From positions 39,122,001 to 39,186,000 of the forward strand of contig NC_043007.1 of assembly GCF_006345805.1 (NCBI RefSeq): a DNA stretch of 64,000 nucleotides. Reading direction: 5' to 3'. The DNA is from Octopus sinensis. Lineage: Eukaryota. Position 1 is the first letter of the stretch; each line of letters opens with the position of its first letter. Position numbers and translations under genes: made by a program. The notes under the pieces were generated by a model. That model was not told where the DNA came from. It saw only the letters and a program-made list of their open reading frames with translations, and made no database searches. Below, piece by piece: positions 11,878-26,314 of the stretch.

Positions 11878-12098
11878 AAGGCGGCGAGCTGGCGGATTCA
11901 TTAGCACACCGGGGGAAAAAAACCTTGACGGCATTTCATTCGACCTTACGTTCTGAGTTCAAATTCCGCCAAGGTCGAATTTGCCTTTCGTCCTTTCAGA
12001 ATCGATAAAATAAGTACCAGTTGAACTGTGGGGTCGATGTAATCAACTTTCCCCCTAGCCTGAAATTGCTGGCCTTGTGCCAAAAATTTAAACCAATA
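11878..12098 (+). mobile_element. SINE family A
   Basis: Similarity to the 4584 head and core. Confidence 0.85.
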
Positions 12099-12556
12099 TT
12101 TAAAGCAGATGAAATTTTGCCGACGGGCGAGGATTTCACTAGCAATGCCTTTCATAGTCGTTCAAACTGCTAAATATAGCAGCCAAATCTCCCTCAAGTT
12201 ACACTCTTACTATATTGAATAAAGTCAAGTGCACATTGGCTGATATAGTCAAAGGTGCACAATGCTCTGAGAGGAAAAAGGTTGGACAGTCACGGTTGAA
12301 ACGTCATTGATAATCGGCTACTCACTTAGAGCTGGCCTCATATTTAGCGTTTACACCCCTCATTGATAGGAAGGAACAAAAGCTCGTCCAATATGATGGC
12401 TAACTTTTGTTTTAGATCTACTAGTTAAATAGTCAACAAGTATATGCATTTGTAGCTTCCTTTTTCTGCTGTTTTTGTTACTGTTGTCGGCGGTCACTGT
12501 GATCTCTGTCGGGTCGTGACAAAGTTCAAAGAAATTCTATTAAGTTTTATTCTCTC

Positions 12557-12600
<44 letters not shown>

Positions 12601-12631
12601 ACTATATGTGTGTGTGTGTGTGAGCGTGTTA

Positions 12632-12800
12632 GGTGCGTGGCCTAATGGCTAGGCTGTTGCACTCAAGATCGCTAGAATCGTAGGTTCCATTCCCTGACTG
12701 GGTGACAAGTTGTGTTCTTGAGCAAAACACTTCATTTCACATTGCTCCAGTCCCCCTTCGATCGGTTGGCCTGCTTGCCTAGCCAGCGGGTTGGCGTCAT
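12632..12800 (+). mobile_element. SINE family C, diverged
   Basis: GTGTTCTTGAGCAAAACACTTCATTTCAC core. Confidence 0.75.
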
Positions 12801-12808
12801 TTATTTTA

Positions 12809-14207
12809 CTATAGGGTAGGACCGCCTTTGGCAGTAATTACAGCTTGAATTCTACGAGGTATGGACTCGTACAAACATTCAATTTTTCCCAAAGGAATTT
12901 TTGTCCATTCTTCAGCTAAAACAGTCTCCAGTTCTTGTAGTGATGATGGTGGAGGACATCGACTCCTTATTAGTGTTTTTTCGAAAATGCACCATAACTG
13001 TTCAATAATATTGAGATCTGGGGACTTTGGTGACCAGATAAGATGTTCAACTTCACTAGAATGTTCTTCGTGCCATTCAGTAACAACTTTAGCTGTGAGG
13101 ATTGGTACATTATCATCCTGAAAGATTGCGTTTCCATCCGGAAACAGTTCCGCAACCATAGGATGAATTTAATCAGATTAAAATGCTTAAATAGTCTTGA
13201 ATATTAATTCTGCCATGAAGGGAAACCATTTTGCCGGTGGATTTCTACGATATATATTTCTTTACTACCCACAAGGGGCTAAACATAGAGGAGACAAACA
13301 AGGACAGAGAAACGAACTAAGTCGATTATATCTACTCCAGTGCGTAACTGGTACTTATTTAATCGACCCCGAAAGGATGAAAAGCAAAGTTGACGAAATA
13401 CGGCTACGCATTTCGCCCGGCGTGCTAACGTTTCTGCCAGCTCGTCGGATTTCCGAGATATATTCCTCACCAGATCATCCCAGATTCTCCTCCATGTTTA
13501 ACAGTTGGCAAAAGGCAGTTTGGGTCAAACGCTTCTTTTGGCTGTCTCCACACGTATTCTCAGCCAGTGGTTGGAAATAAGGTAAAGGATGTCTCACCCA
13601 GGGACTAATTCTGTAGATTTTTACTCCACTCTAAACGCTTGCAGCATTTGTTTTTGAAAATAGTGGTTTCTGATTGCAGCCCTCCCGTGAAATCTGGCTT
13701 TGTGCAGCACCCAGCGAACAATTTTTGTGGAAACTGGTTTCTTGCAGTGGTCATTAAGCTCTACAGTAATTTTGGCAAACTAGTTTTCTGATCCTTTCTA
13801 ACAATTTGCGTAAGAGTCCAATGGTCCCTATCTGAAAGATTTGGTTTTCTTCCAGAGTTTTATTTCGACGAGAAGGTTTTTCCCTCTTTCTCAAAGGCTG
13901 TCATTACTTTCGATACAGTACTTCTTGATACACCAAACATTTCGGATGTTTTCGTTACGCTAGCGCCTGCCATACGAGCACCAACAATTTGACCTCTTTG
14001 AAAGTCCGATAGAACTGCCATTTTAATGAATTTCAATTACCTTTTCTGATGACATCTGAAAAGAAACAGCATTTTAGCAAAACATAGTAAGCAACACTAA
14101 TGATAAATCAAAAAACATAAAAATAAACAAGCTTTTGACTGTTTTATAGCTATTTCAAAATTATGATGCTATGATGCTAGGTGTTTCCATTATTTTGTTC
14201 AACCCTT
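12809..14207 (-). mobile_element. Decayed Tc1 transposon (DD36E spacing), one TIR retained, interrupted by a SINE
   Basis: ORF 12809..13159 has IFQDDN...SPDLNIIE. ATG at 14021, TIR at 14179-14207. Homologous to 32511-33771. Confidence 0.9.
13257..13446 (-). mobile_element. SINE family A nested in Tc1
   Basis: Reverse complement of the family A head and core. Absent from the 32.5-kb Tc1 copy. Confidence 0.85.
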
Positions 14208-14460
14208 ATATATCATTCATGGCACTTATCAAAGTTTGTTTAAACTTTAATACTATGAACTAAATTCTTGGCCCTTGAGTCACTGTGTAACTTCACACGA
14301 TAAACATGCGCGCATGTGTCAATATCGTACGGAGAGATAGATTTATATTCTCTCCTTATCTCCCTCCCTCCCCACCCACCCATCTAAACAGCAACCCACC
14401 CACCCACCTACCAACCTACCTACATACCTACCTACATGTCTATCTATCTACATATTTGTA

Positions 14461-14505
<45 letters not shown>

Positions 14506-14508
14506 GTA

Positions 14509-14567
<59 letters not shown>

Positions 14568-15466
14568 ATCTGTTTATCCCAATGTCCAATGGTGTTTAAC
14601 TGATGTTCATCCCTCCCTCTCTCTCACACATTACGTCTCTAAGGTACTTACTTTATACACGTCTCTGAGTTTACCAGAGAGTCAGTAGACTAGGCTCTAG
14701 CATTTGCCTCCATAACATCACTAACAGAAACCACTTATGGTCAGCAACCACAGATTTCTGATCCGTAGATTGTCAGCCAGAGATGAATTCAATGGCAGAT
14801 ACTAAGTATGCGTGATGCAGTCAGCGATTCCAGATCTATTCGATTTGATCGCATTAATGAACGTTTTTAGCTTGCCGCCTCGCTCATTATGCCATCCCGG
14901 ATGGGGCTCTGGTGCGATTGCATCTCGGATCTTGAAATATCTTATCTTTTACTTGTTTCTGCCAAAGGGCTGCAACCATGTAGGGATACCGCCTTGAATA
15001 GTTTTAGTCGAACATATCGCCCCAGCACTGCTTTTAAGATCTGGTACTTATTCTATCTATCTCTTACGTCGAACTGCTAAGTTACATGGGCATAGACAAA
15101 TTAACAAAAGTTGTCAAGCTGTGGGACACACACTCACACACACGCGCACGCACACACGCACTCACGCACGTATGCACGCACGCACGTACGCACGCACGCA
15201 CGCACACACTCATACATACATGTATTCTGCATATAGTCATAGAAAACGATTTAGCTTGCATCGGGCCTCGTTCGGGCACTACCTGGTATTCACAAATCAC
15301 AAAAATGACGAAACATCGATGTCTATCGATCCTGAATGGCACTTGATGCGAGTTATCTCGCTTGTCTATGACTTCCAGAGAACATATTCTCTTACGCCTA
15401 TAAGCGCAGCCTACACAAGAACTTGCAAAACACATACCTTGTTTATGTGTTTTCCATATATATATA

Positions 15467-15762
15467 TACAGTATACATTTAAGCACATAAGAGGTAGCCA
15501 TCATAGGACTACCTGCACGCTAGAGAGGACTGTTATCCCACTATTTGGGATAAAATATCGAAGGGAATGAAAAATAAAAAAACATTTACCATGGACCAAT
15601 GGTTTCAGACTTTTTAGCAAATAAAATTATTTGCTAGGCGAAGCCTTCTTCAGCAGGCAAACCTTAGATTAAATATATATACACGAGGCAATCCAGTATA
15701 CGCCTCGTGCTTATACATTCTAATTGTTCAAATCTACCGCGCAAGCACAGCTCCTTGTCGGC
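15467..15762 (-). mobile_element. PLE pLTR-like repeat with hammerhead (15589-15657)
   Basis: Minus strand reads CCUG-CUGAAGA-AGGCUU...AAGUCU-GAA-ACCAUUGGU-C-CAUGG. Homologous to the 42575-43000 element. Confidence 0.7.
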
Positions 15763-16902
15763 TTCAATCATAGAAGAAAGCATGAAGAATTTCATAGTTT
15801 TGGTCCTATACAACAAAAATTTGTATCATAAAAGTTACGAGGTAAAATATCATGGAGAAAAATATAAGACAAAAAATTGGATTTAAGTCTAATCAACTTT
15901 TTTATTTTAAGAACAATATTTTAATTAAACTTAAATGACAGCTCAATTCGAGGAATTTCATGGTATCACTCTCATGCAATGAGAAAAATGTTATGAGTGT
16001 TTGTTTCTCACATTTGAGGGTGGTAATATAGTTCTATACTTTTTTTTATAAATATAGTTCTATCAGGAGACTTTTAATATATGTCATCGGCGTCATTGAG
16101 GCAAAGAAAAAATTATCAACTACACCGCTAATCGACACATTTGACACATTACTAATTAGCATAATAGCATATACTGGAAAAAACATGCATAAAATTTGAA
16201 TATTAAAAATTATTTGGTTTTAAGCAACATTATAATTAAAAAAGATACCATCATTTTGTTAAAATATTGACACACTAGAATACTTAAAAAAGGAGAGCCA
16301 GAAATACTAATATAGTTAAAGTTTTATGTAAAGTAGAATAGTATATACGGTAGGTAAATTCATTATGTAATAAATAGGCATTTGGTCAAGACTAAAAATG
16401 TCAAGACTTGGCAATAACTTAGGCAGTAACTCAAGCAAATTTTACTGTGAATTTATTGTTATAGGTAGATTTTACTGTAATATATAACTAATTTTTGTAT
16501 TATTCTATTTATTGTACTAACTAATTATGCACAACTGTTATGGTTTATAACCTATTTTCAAATTTCTAATTATTAATTAATAAGTAAAAAAATGAATTTT
16601 TTTGAAGAGCAAAAAATATTTTGAGTTATTTTTTATTTTAACAGAAGTAACAATTAATAACAAATAGAAGTAATAACTTGTAATAAAATTTTTAGTTTTA
16701 ATAAAAGCTAATATTTTTTTAAATCTAAATATTTTATTTGAAATTTTATCCTTAGCTGCAATATTTTAAGTAAAAATTTCCTTGTTCTGTACTTTACCAG
16801 GTGTAGTAACTTGTCCTGTACTTTTCCAGTTTTATAATCTTGAGAATATTATTTCTCTTGCTTACCATTTTCCGTGTAATATATGTATGAATAAATAACT
16901 TT

Positions 16903-17327
16903 ATGTATGTATGTATGTATGTATGTATGTATGTATGTATGTATGTATGTACGTATGTCTGTATGTATGTATGTATGTATGTATGTATGTGTGTCTGTAT
17001 TATGGTGTTATGTTGTATGTATGTATGTATATGTATGTATGTATGTATGTATGTTGTGTATGTGTATGTATGTATGTATGATGTATGTATGTATGTAGGT
17101 ATGTATGTGTGTTGGTATGTATGTATGTATGTATGTAGGTTGTGTCGTATGTATGTATGTATGTAGTAGGTATGTGTGTGTATGTATGTATGTATGTATG
17201 TATGTGTATGTGTGTATGTATGTATGTATGTATGTGTGTGTATGTATGTATGTATGTATGTAGTGTGTAATGTATGTATGTATGTGTGTAATGTATGTAT
17301 GTATGTATGTATGTATGTATGTATGTA

Positions 17328-17358
<31 letters not shown>

Positions 17359-17381
17359 GTGTGTGTGTATGTATGTATGTA
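16903..17381. repeat. (TATG)n microsatellite
   Basis: Direct inspection. Confidence 0.95.
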
Positions 17382-17865
17382 TACAACAGATTTTCTCAAC
17401 AAAATTGAGTTACAAAGCATTGCTAAACTCGAAGCTTTGTTAGGTCACATTGCCTCGATGCTGCGAGTTGGATAGAACCTGGGGCCACATCGCCATAAAG
17501 CACGATTTTATGTAATATTACTTATCTTGGTTTAAAATTCTTTTACAGTTTCTTATCACAGTTATTGTTAAATTACGAGTTCCAGTTTTTTATGGGAAGA
17601 GAAGGAATGGTTGCCTGCCAGTTTTAATATGACAGTCTGACGCTACGAGAATATTGAACTTGTTGCCAAAATCTTGCAAGTCATCGTTATAATTAAAAAT
17701 CGATAAAAATATGCTGCCGTAATATTTGGAACGAAAATAGAACTCACATAATGCTACAAATTTGAACTCAGAACGTGACTGGAAAATAGATTTCTCAAAT
17801 TCCTCTAATACAATATAATATAATATATATTATAATATAATATAATATAATATAATATAATATAA

Positions 17866-18163
17866 TCTTTATATATAAAAGTGAAGTTGTGTGTCTGTCT
17901 CCTACGATTTAGATTCCTAACTACTCCCACATTTTGCGGTGCAGTGTAATCAAAAGCGGGTATCTTATAGTCGTGATTCATATCGAGCCCTTCTGGGTAT
18001 TAGCGCGCGTCTACGATGAGTCTACGATTTAAAAAAAAATTTACCATCATTTTTTTCCATTTTTAATGCATTTTTTGCTATTATATAAGGGAAGTAACTC
18101 TCTAAAAATGCTTATATAGTTATTTTCCTTACAAACCCGAGCAACGCCGGGCGATACTGCTCG
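17866..18163 (+). mobile_element. Non-autonomous Helitron H1 (short form) inserted in (TATAA)n
   Basis: A|TC start, hairpin CCCGAGCAACGCCGGG, CTCG|T end. Lacks ~100 bp present in the 1222-1614 copy. Confidence 0.88.
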
Positions 18164-18207
18164 TATAATATAATATAATATAATATAATATAATATAATA
18201 TAATATG

Positions 18208-18512
18208 CTTTGTTTGTTCCTTCTCGAGCCACGCCTGGCTCATAAGGGCCGGTTTCCCGGTTTCCTTGGCGTATAGGTTCCCCACCTGGACGGGACGTCG
18301 GTCCGTCGCAGGTGAGCTGCAAGATGCAGGAGGAAAGTGTGAGAGAAAGTTGTGGCGAAAGAGTCAGCAGAAGTTCGCTATTACCTTCTGCCGGAGTCGC
18401 GTGGAGCTTAGGTGTTTCGCTCATAAACACACACATCGCCCGGTCTGAGATTCGAACCCGCGATCCCTCGACTGTGAGTTCGCTGCTCTAACCACTAGGC
18501 CATGTTCCTCCA
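18208..18512 (-). mobile_element. SINE family C-type head with a distinct body
   Basis: Minus-strand A box TGGCCTAGTGG and B box GGTTCGAATC. Confidence 0.75.
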
Positions 18513-18904
18513 CATGCTATAATATAATATGATAATAAACGTGAAATTCCATCCGTCCATCCGTCCGTCCGTAACCCTTGTATTTCAGTCTACATATACT
18601 CTACATAAACATAAAGCTTTTTGGAATCAGAATAATACCGGAATTGAAAATTTGTCCTTCATTTGGTTCTTGAACATCCAGCATTGGAATCAGGTCTGGA
18701 TGAGGATTTGTTATATGCTAACAGTTGAAAATTCAAATTTTAAAAGAAATCCAAAAATTTGTGAACTTACAAGTTTTACATTTAAACTGAATTTAAAGAA
18801 ATACTATATTGGTAGGGTATCAATAAATGCTTTATTATTATTGCTTTCTTCAGTTTTGGGCTGCAGGCCCCATTAACCCTCCACAGGACCTAGCTTAAAA
18901 GTAC

Positions 18905-19302
18905 ACACGGCTTAGCGGCATTTCGTCCGTCTTTAAGTTCTGAGTTCAAATTCTCCCGAAGTCGACTTTGTCTTTCATCCTTTCGTAGTTGATAAGATAA
19001 GTACCAGTTGAGCACTGGGGGTCGATGTAATCGACTTATCCCCCCCCCCCAATAAAATTTTTGGCCTCGTGCCAAAATTTAAAACCAGTATTTTAAAATA
19101 TAAATAACGCGGCAAGCTGGCAGAATTGTTAGCGCGCCGGCAAATTGCTTACCAGCATTTCGTCTGTCTTTACGTTATGAGTTCGAATTCTGTCAGGGTT
19201 GCCTTTGCCTTTCATCCTTTCGGGGTCGATAAATTAAGTACCAGGTGAAACACTGGAGTCAATGTAATCGACTAGTTCCCTCCCCAAAATTTCAGGCCTT
19301 GT
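18905..19302 (+). mobile_element. Two adjacent SINE family A copies
   Basis: Core motif near 18960 and 19200. Confidence 0.8.
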
Positions 19303-19373
19303 GAAATCGGGGTCCACATAAGCTTTAAGGGGGTCTACAAGTAAAAAATTGTAATTTGTGGGTCCATATATCT

Positions 19374-19786
19374 CTTTTTTACTCTTACTCTTTTACTTGT
19401 TTCAGTCATTTGACTGCGGCCATGCTGGAGCACCGCCTTTAGTCGAGCAAATTGACCCCGGGACTTATTCTTTGTAAGCCCAGTACTTATTCTATCGGTC
19501 TCTTTTGCCGAACCGCTAAGTGACGGGGACGTAAACACACCAGCATCGGCTGTCAAGCAATGCTAGGGGGACAAACACAGACACACAAACACACACACAT
19601 ACATATATATACATATACATATATACGACAGACTTCTTTCAGTTTCCGTCAACCAAATCCACTCACAAGGCATTGGTCGGCCCGGGGCGATAGCAGAAGA
19701 CACTTGCCCAAGATGCCACGCAGTTGGCCTGAACCCGGAACCATGTGTTGGTAGCAAGCTACTTACCACACAGCCACTCCTGCGCC
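19374..19786 (-). mobile_element. SINE family B, full length
   Basis: Similarity to 3697-4133. Sits in a hAT-like remnant ending AAGGTTGGAAACCCCTG near 20008. Confidence 0.9.
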
Positions 19787-20379
19787 TATATATTTTATTT
19801 ACCAGAAGAGGTACCTTCGTTTATTGAAATTCTCAAGATTTGTATTTGGAATTTATGTTATGAATATAACGAAATTGTTTCATTGTTAGTTTTTATTAAC
19901 CTACAAACAAATGTTTTATTTCAAAACTTTATATGCACATATATGAGATCCACAGATGATAAGATAGCTCTCAGGGGTCCGCAAGCAAAATAAGGTTGGA
20001 AACCCCTGCTTCAGTAGAAAGGATTATTATTATCATTGCCAATTGAAACACGGAGCATAGATCAGACTGGAATTCTGTCTGGTTTCCTACTCAACAGGGT
20101 GGTTCCTACCAATCAGTTTCGAACTAGGGGTTCAGCGGGATGTTATGTAACAGCCCCAAAACGCAGCACATATAGCACTACTGCACACATTCCAACGCTA
20201 CAAGAATATCATCACCTAAACCATGCACATATTTCCCATACGCACATTTACAGGAAACTCTCGTAGCCTTGCAACACTCCAGAAGCCGTTTTTTGAGCGT
20301 CAAGGGTCATTACTCTTAACTTAACCCTTGCTCAGTTCGTTTCGTCGTTTTCCCCCACTGCAACCACAAAGCGGATGTA

Positions 20380-20523
20380 TTTGGTGCACCGCCTTTTAGT
20401 CGAACAAATCGATCCCAGGACTTATTCTTTGTAAGCCTAGTACTTAAACATGGTGGGAATACAAACATAGACACACAAGCACACACACACACACATATAC
20501 GCACACACACGTACGCACGCACG

Positions 20524-20560
<37 letters not shown>

Positions 20561-20703
20561 GACGGCTTCTTTCAGTTTCCGTCTACCAAATCCACTCACA
20601 AGGCTTTGGTTGGCCCGAGGCTATAGTAGAAGACGCTTTCCCAAGGGACTAAACCCGGAAGACACACAAGCAAACACCACACACACACACTCACACACTC
20701 ACA

Positions 20704-20747
<44 letters not shown>

Positions 20748-20882
20748 CGGGCTTCTTTCGGTTTCCGTCTACCAAATCCACCCATAAGGCTTTGGTCGGC
20801 CCGATGTTATAGTAGAAGACACTTGCCCAAGGGACTAAACACGGAACCATCTGGTTCTTCCCACACAACCACTCCTGCGCCT
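20380..20882 (-). mobile_element. SINE family B with internal duplication
   Basis: Block near 20560-20660 repeated near 20745-20845. Confidence 0.8.
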
Positions 20883-21490
20883 ATATATAAAACATTGGTT
20901 GCAAATTTTGATTTTTGATACAAAGCCATCAATTTCGGAGAATAGAGTAAGTCGATTACATTGACTTTAGTTAGTACTCAACGGGTATTATTTTATCAAC
21001 CCCAGGAGGATGAAACCAAAGTCGACCTCGGCGTAATATGAACTCATAACGTAAAGACGGACGAAATACCGCAAAGCATTTTGCCCGGTATGCTAACGAT
21101 TCCACCACCTTTTCGCCTTTCATATATGTATACACATACACGCGAGCACACACACACACACAACACACACACACACACACACCACACCACAAAATATTAG
21201 TATTCGTTTACGTCATAAAAACAATTCAACTTTTTGTCTGAAGGGTTACTTGCTTTTTGTAAAGTATATGTTTATTAAACTTTTTCAAGGAAGTGGTTGG
21301 TAGTGACTTCGAAGTTTTAGCTTGCACGCCAAAGATATTTTTTTATTTCAGGTGTACAATTAGAAAATGTATTTCAGGTATACAAGAAAACGTGTCGGCT
21401 ACATATACGTAAACACATTTTTTTTGTGTGTGTGTATGTATGTATATTAGCGTGCCTACAACATCAGAATATAAAAATCATTGCTTTTTG

Positions 21491-21524
<34 letters not shown>

Positions 21525-22612
21525 CGTGTTAAGAAGACTAAGAGAGCGCTGTACAAAGTAGAAAGCGATAGGTGAAGAAGTAAAAAAAAAAGACAAGTAA
21601 TAATAGCTTCTACAACAATAACAACTACAACATCAAAAAAGAAAACAACGACGACGACGACGACCACCACCACCACCACTACCACCGCCACCACCACCAC
21701 TGCGACACGATGGCGGTGGCGGCGGCGACACCTAGTGACGTAGGAGAAAAAAAATGAAGACTTTAGACTTCTACAATAGCAATAACATTAACAATGAAAG
21801 GAATGTGACCCGTTGAAACACACCAATGAACATATATATATCTCTCTGAAGCACATTCCAACTTGTGATTGTAGCATTTTTACCTTTTAAATAGGTGTCG
21901 GCTGTATATTTTGTGTGTGTATGTGTGCGTGTAGGTCATGTGTATGAGTGTGTATGTGTAAAGAGAGAGACTATTAGTGGATATGTCTACGTGACGTCTG
22001 TTGGTATGAATATGTCTCTATGTGTTTGTTCGCGCAGGCTGTTGGTGTGGATCGCCTGTATTGTCTTTGCTGTTGGTGCTATTTAGCCACCGGTCAGTTT
22101 CGATTGACTTGACCTATGATCAAAGACATTCCTATTTATCGAAATAGCCGAGGTCAACTTTGCCTTTCATCCTTTCGGGGTCGATAAATTAAATACCAGT
22201 TACGCACTGGGGTCGATGTAATCGACTTAATCCGCTTGTCTGTCCTTGTTTGTCCCCTCTGTGTTTAGCCCCTTGTGGGTAGTAAAAAAAAAAAATATTT
22301 ATCAAAATAGCATATCCAATACATCGTTAGCCAATGCATCCTTCCGTTTTTAAGGCCAAAGTTTGAGCTTGTTTTGTGAGAGATTTGGCCGTTGTTTCTA
22401 GTAGGTCAACCGACCATGTAGAAGCCTCCTGTTCTGTATGTGTAAGGTGATGATGTGTATAAAGCTGTTGGCGTGTGCATATAAGTGTGTGAGTATAGTT
22501 GCTGGTATTGATCTGTGAGGTGTGATCGTGTGTTAATGTATATGTCTACAGATATGCATGCACGTGTATATATACACGCAAATATGTATACGCGCATGCA
22601 TACATTTTAAAG

Positions 22613-22930
22613 ACTCCGCCGGTTACGACGACGAGGGTCCCAGCTGATACGATCAACGGAACAGCTTGCTCGTGAAATTAACGTGCAAATGGCTGAGCAT
22701 TCCACAGACAGGTGTACCCTTAACGTAGTTCTCGGGGATAATCAGCGTGACACAGAGAGTGACAAGGCTGACCCTTTGAAATACAGGTACAACTCATTTT
22801 TGCCAGCTGAGTGGACTGGAGCAACGTGAAATAAAGTGTCTTGCTCAAGGACACAACGCGTCGCCGGGAATCGAACTCACAACCTTACGATCATGAGCCG
22901 AATGCCCTAACCACTAAGCCACGCGCCCTC
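22613..22930 (-). mobile_element. SINE family C, full length
   Basis: Reverse complement of 45840-46160. Confidence 0.9.
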
Positions 22931-23042
22931 ACTGCATGCATACATACATACGCATGCATACATACAAAAATGCATTCATGTATGGTGGATGTCAGATCGT
23001 AAACAAGTATGACTATCACTGATAAATTACTTTACCCAAGAT

Positions 23043-23683
23043 CAGAGTTTCTCAACCATTCTTTAACCTATGGACCCTTTCGTTTCTATTTTACTCTTGT
23101 GCTCCCTCATAGCATTCGATGTTTAAAAAATCCTTTAATATTTTTTTTTATAATTCCTTATTATTATAAACTAGCAGTATCGCCCGGCGTTGCTCGGGTT
23201 GGTTTCGACCCTTTAGAATTGGAATTTTTGAAAAGTAAAAATTTTGCATTATGTAGCTTGTTATTCTCTTTAAGTGGACATTTTTCTGGTTGAAATACAC
23301 CGAAAAATGGCGACACAGCAGTAAAAAATTCGGAATTTTCATAGAAAAAAAAAAGCACCTTTTTGATGTAAATAATTTTTGGTGTCAGCATGGTCCGATT
23401 TGAATGTTTTCTTGTACGGAAGGAAGAGCAAGCCTTCTTCTATCATACTCTCGATTTTGGTCAACTTGCGCCGCAGGGTCTCGGAGGAGATAGTGTTAGT
23501 TGAAGGCTACCAAACCTGCCATACACAGACAACTTCATCTTTATATAGAGAGAGATTGCATTAAAAATTGTTAAATTAAGCTGTGTATTGTACAAATATA
23601 AGCAATTTATTGCAGGTAAATTTTAACAACAAAATTTTACATGGACTCCCTAAGGCCATATGAACCTTGGTTGATAACCACTT
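23043..23683. mobile_element. hAT-like MITE interrupted by a Helitron
   Basis: Degenerate TIRs CAGAGTTTCTCAACC and GGTTGATAACCACT, of the CAGTGGTTCTCAACC type. Confidence 0.55.
23171..23555 (-). mobile_element. Non-autonomous Helitron H2 (same 3' end as H1, different interior)
   Basis: Minus strand: TC start, ACCCGAGCAACGCCGGGCGATACTGCTAG end, inserted between A and T. Confidence 0.88.
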
Positions 23684-24338
23684 CCCCGAATATTAAAGAC
23701 AACGGCTGCCAGCAATGCACGAGCTGAAATCTAAAGTCAATAACAGCTTGCACAACACTGCTAAGATTCTCAGCGACAGAACCAAGAAATTCAGAAACAA
23801 GCAAGATTTCCGGCTTCGCAGCGATGCGATTGTTATTTTGGAATTTCCTTGTCCTTGAGAAATGTCTGAAAAAAAAAGCTAAGTTTTTCTGAGTCTCTGC
23901 TGTTGGATGGCTGTTGATTCTACTCACTTCATCCGTCGTGCTTCCCAATTACAAGGTTCCGGTTTCAATCTCATTGCATAGCACCTTGGGCAAGTGTCTT
24001 CTACTATAGCCTCTAACTGACCAAAGTCTTGCCAGTGGATTTAGTAGACGGAAATTTTGTAGGTGGAAACTGCGTAGAAGCTCGTCGATGGTATGCGGGG
24101 TGTGCATGACCTCGTGGTCAGGGTGTTACACTCACGATCGCGAGATCGTGGGTTCGATTCACAGACTGGGCGGTTCGTTGTGTTCTTGAGCAAAACACTT
24201 CATTTTACGTTGCTAAGCAATCACTTGATGGAGAGAGTGAGCTTATGTCCACCACAAACAATTGGTCACTATAAATCAGTTGCACAGGGTGGTCAGCTAT
24301 TTAGCAAGAAATTGCGGAACCGTCACGTGTCACCTACA

Positions 24339-24394
<56 letters not shown>

Positions 24395-24908
24395 TTGTGT
24401 GTTTGCCCCGCTCCCTACTACTTGACAACCAATCTGTTTCGGTTTGTTTAGAACCCTTTAACTTAGAGATTCGGCAAAAGAGACCGATAGAATAAGTACT
24501 ATATTTATAGTATGGACTCTTGACGATTTGTTCGGCTAGTCTTGCAAAACGGTCTTTCAACATGGCTACAGCCGAATGGTGGAAACAAATAAGAGCATAA
24601 TGTCTTAAATAAGTAAAGAGTTCTTTGAAGAATATCCTCCCACGTGACACCGAAAAGACGGGATGGTCACAGGTGGAATGCTTTTGATCATAGGTCTGAC
24701 CTCACGAGGCAGACCTAGGATTAAACAATACTGAAAGCAACCCACAACAAAGTCCACGCATATACGTCCTGAAACCCACAACAAAGTCCTACAGGTACAT
24801 TCCTCCTGCCAAACATATTAAACTCCCAAATTCCACTCACATTCCAAACCATATTATTAAAGAGAAAACACGCACACACACACACACACACGCACGCACA
24901 CACACACA

Positions 24909-24954
<46 letters not shown>

Positions 24955-25305
24955 TGAAGTAGTGCGTGATACATTATTTGAAAATCGAATAGGACGGTCA
25001 TGTTTGAACCACGAAGAAATTGTTAGATTTATCATGTGTATATATATAAGACTTGCTTTCGGGTCACAAATGGAGATGAACCTTTTTCATTATCACCGGG
25101 GGAAAAGTCTCGAGACCGAACGTAGAGATTACTGATTTGAGGAATCGTATCGAACCTATCAGCTGTTTCCTGTTGATGCAATGACACTATTTGGCGGAGC
25201 TGGGAGTTGTTGGTAGGTATATTCGTCATAGCAGAGACTGATGCAAGTAGCACTTTAGTGCTAACTGAATGGGGATTACTTTAAAGGAATTTCTTTCTCT
25301 TTATA

Positions 25306-25900
25306 GGCGCAAGAATGGCTCTGTGGTAAGTAGCTTGCTTACTAACCATATGGTTCTGGGTTCAGTCCCACTACGTGGAACCTTAGGCAAGTGTCTTCTA
25401 CTATAGCCTCGGGCCGACCAAAGCGCTGTGAGTGAATTTGGTAGACGGAAACTGAAAGAAGCCTGTCGTGTGAATCGTTTGCGATTTTTTCCCCTCCGTC
25501 TTCCTTTTCTATTGGACTTTCCTCTGTCTCCTGTTTTTGAAGAAGAATTTTGCTCGAAACGTAAAACCACCTTTTTTTCCTTCCCTGAGCGTCTGCTAAT
25601 ACATTACATGTGCCAGGTCCTCACGTTGATGTTTTTTTTTTTATTTTGTGTTTGTTCTTCGTCTTTTTTATTTATATATATGTATATGTTTGTGTGTCTG
25701 TATTTGTTCCCCCCCCCCTCACATCGCTTGGCAACCGATGCTAGTGTGTTTACGTTCCCATAACTTAGCGGTTCGGCAAAAAAGGCCAATAGCATAAATA
25801 CTAGACTTACAAAGACTGAGTCCTGGGGCCGATTTGTTCAACTAAAGACGGTGCTCCAGCATGGCCGCAGTCAAATGACTGAAACAAAATATAAAAAGAT
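25306..25900 (+). mobile_element. SINE family B interrupted at its internal microsatellite by a HHR-bearing fragment (~25470-25670)
   Basis: Head at 25306-25468 and tail at 25690-25900. Confidence 0.8.
25533..25567 (+). ncRNA. Degenerate minimal hammerhead motif
   Basis: GUUU-UUGAAGA-agaauuuugcuc-GAA-ACGU-A-AAAC. C3 and stem II appear mutated. Confidence 0.55.
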
Positions 25901-25920
25901 ATATATATATATATATATAT

Positions 25921-26314
25921 TCTTTCACTTGTTTCAGTCATTTGGCTGCAACCAAGCTGGAGCACTACCTTAAGGGGTTTTAGTCGAACAAATCAACCCC
26001 GGGACTTATTCTTTGTAAGCCTAGTACTTAGTGTATTGTTCTCTCTTGTTGAACCGCTAAGTTACGGGGACATAAACATCGGTTGTCGAGCGACGGTGGT
26101 GGAGACAAACACACACACACACACACATATACACATACATACATACATACATATATATATACGACGGGCTTCTTTCAGTTTCCGTCTACCACATTCACTC
26201 ACAAGGCTTTGGTCGGCCTGTAGTTATAATAGAAGACACTTGCTCAAGGTTCCACGCAGTAGGACTGAATCCGGAACAATTTGGTTGAGAAGAAAGCTTC
26301 TTATTACACAGCCG
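25921..26314 (-). mobile_element. SINE family B
   Basis: Similarity to 3697-4133. Confidence 0.85.

Noticed and set aside
14640-14940. Unique segment with a strong minus-strand donor (aaa|gtaagt)
   Set aside because: All three minus-strand frames have stops, so no coding exon is supported.
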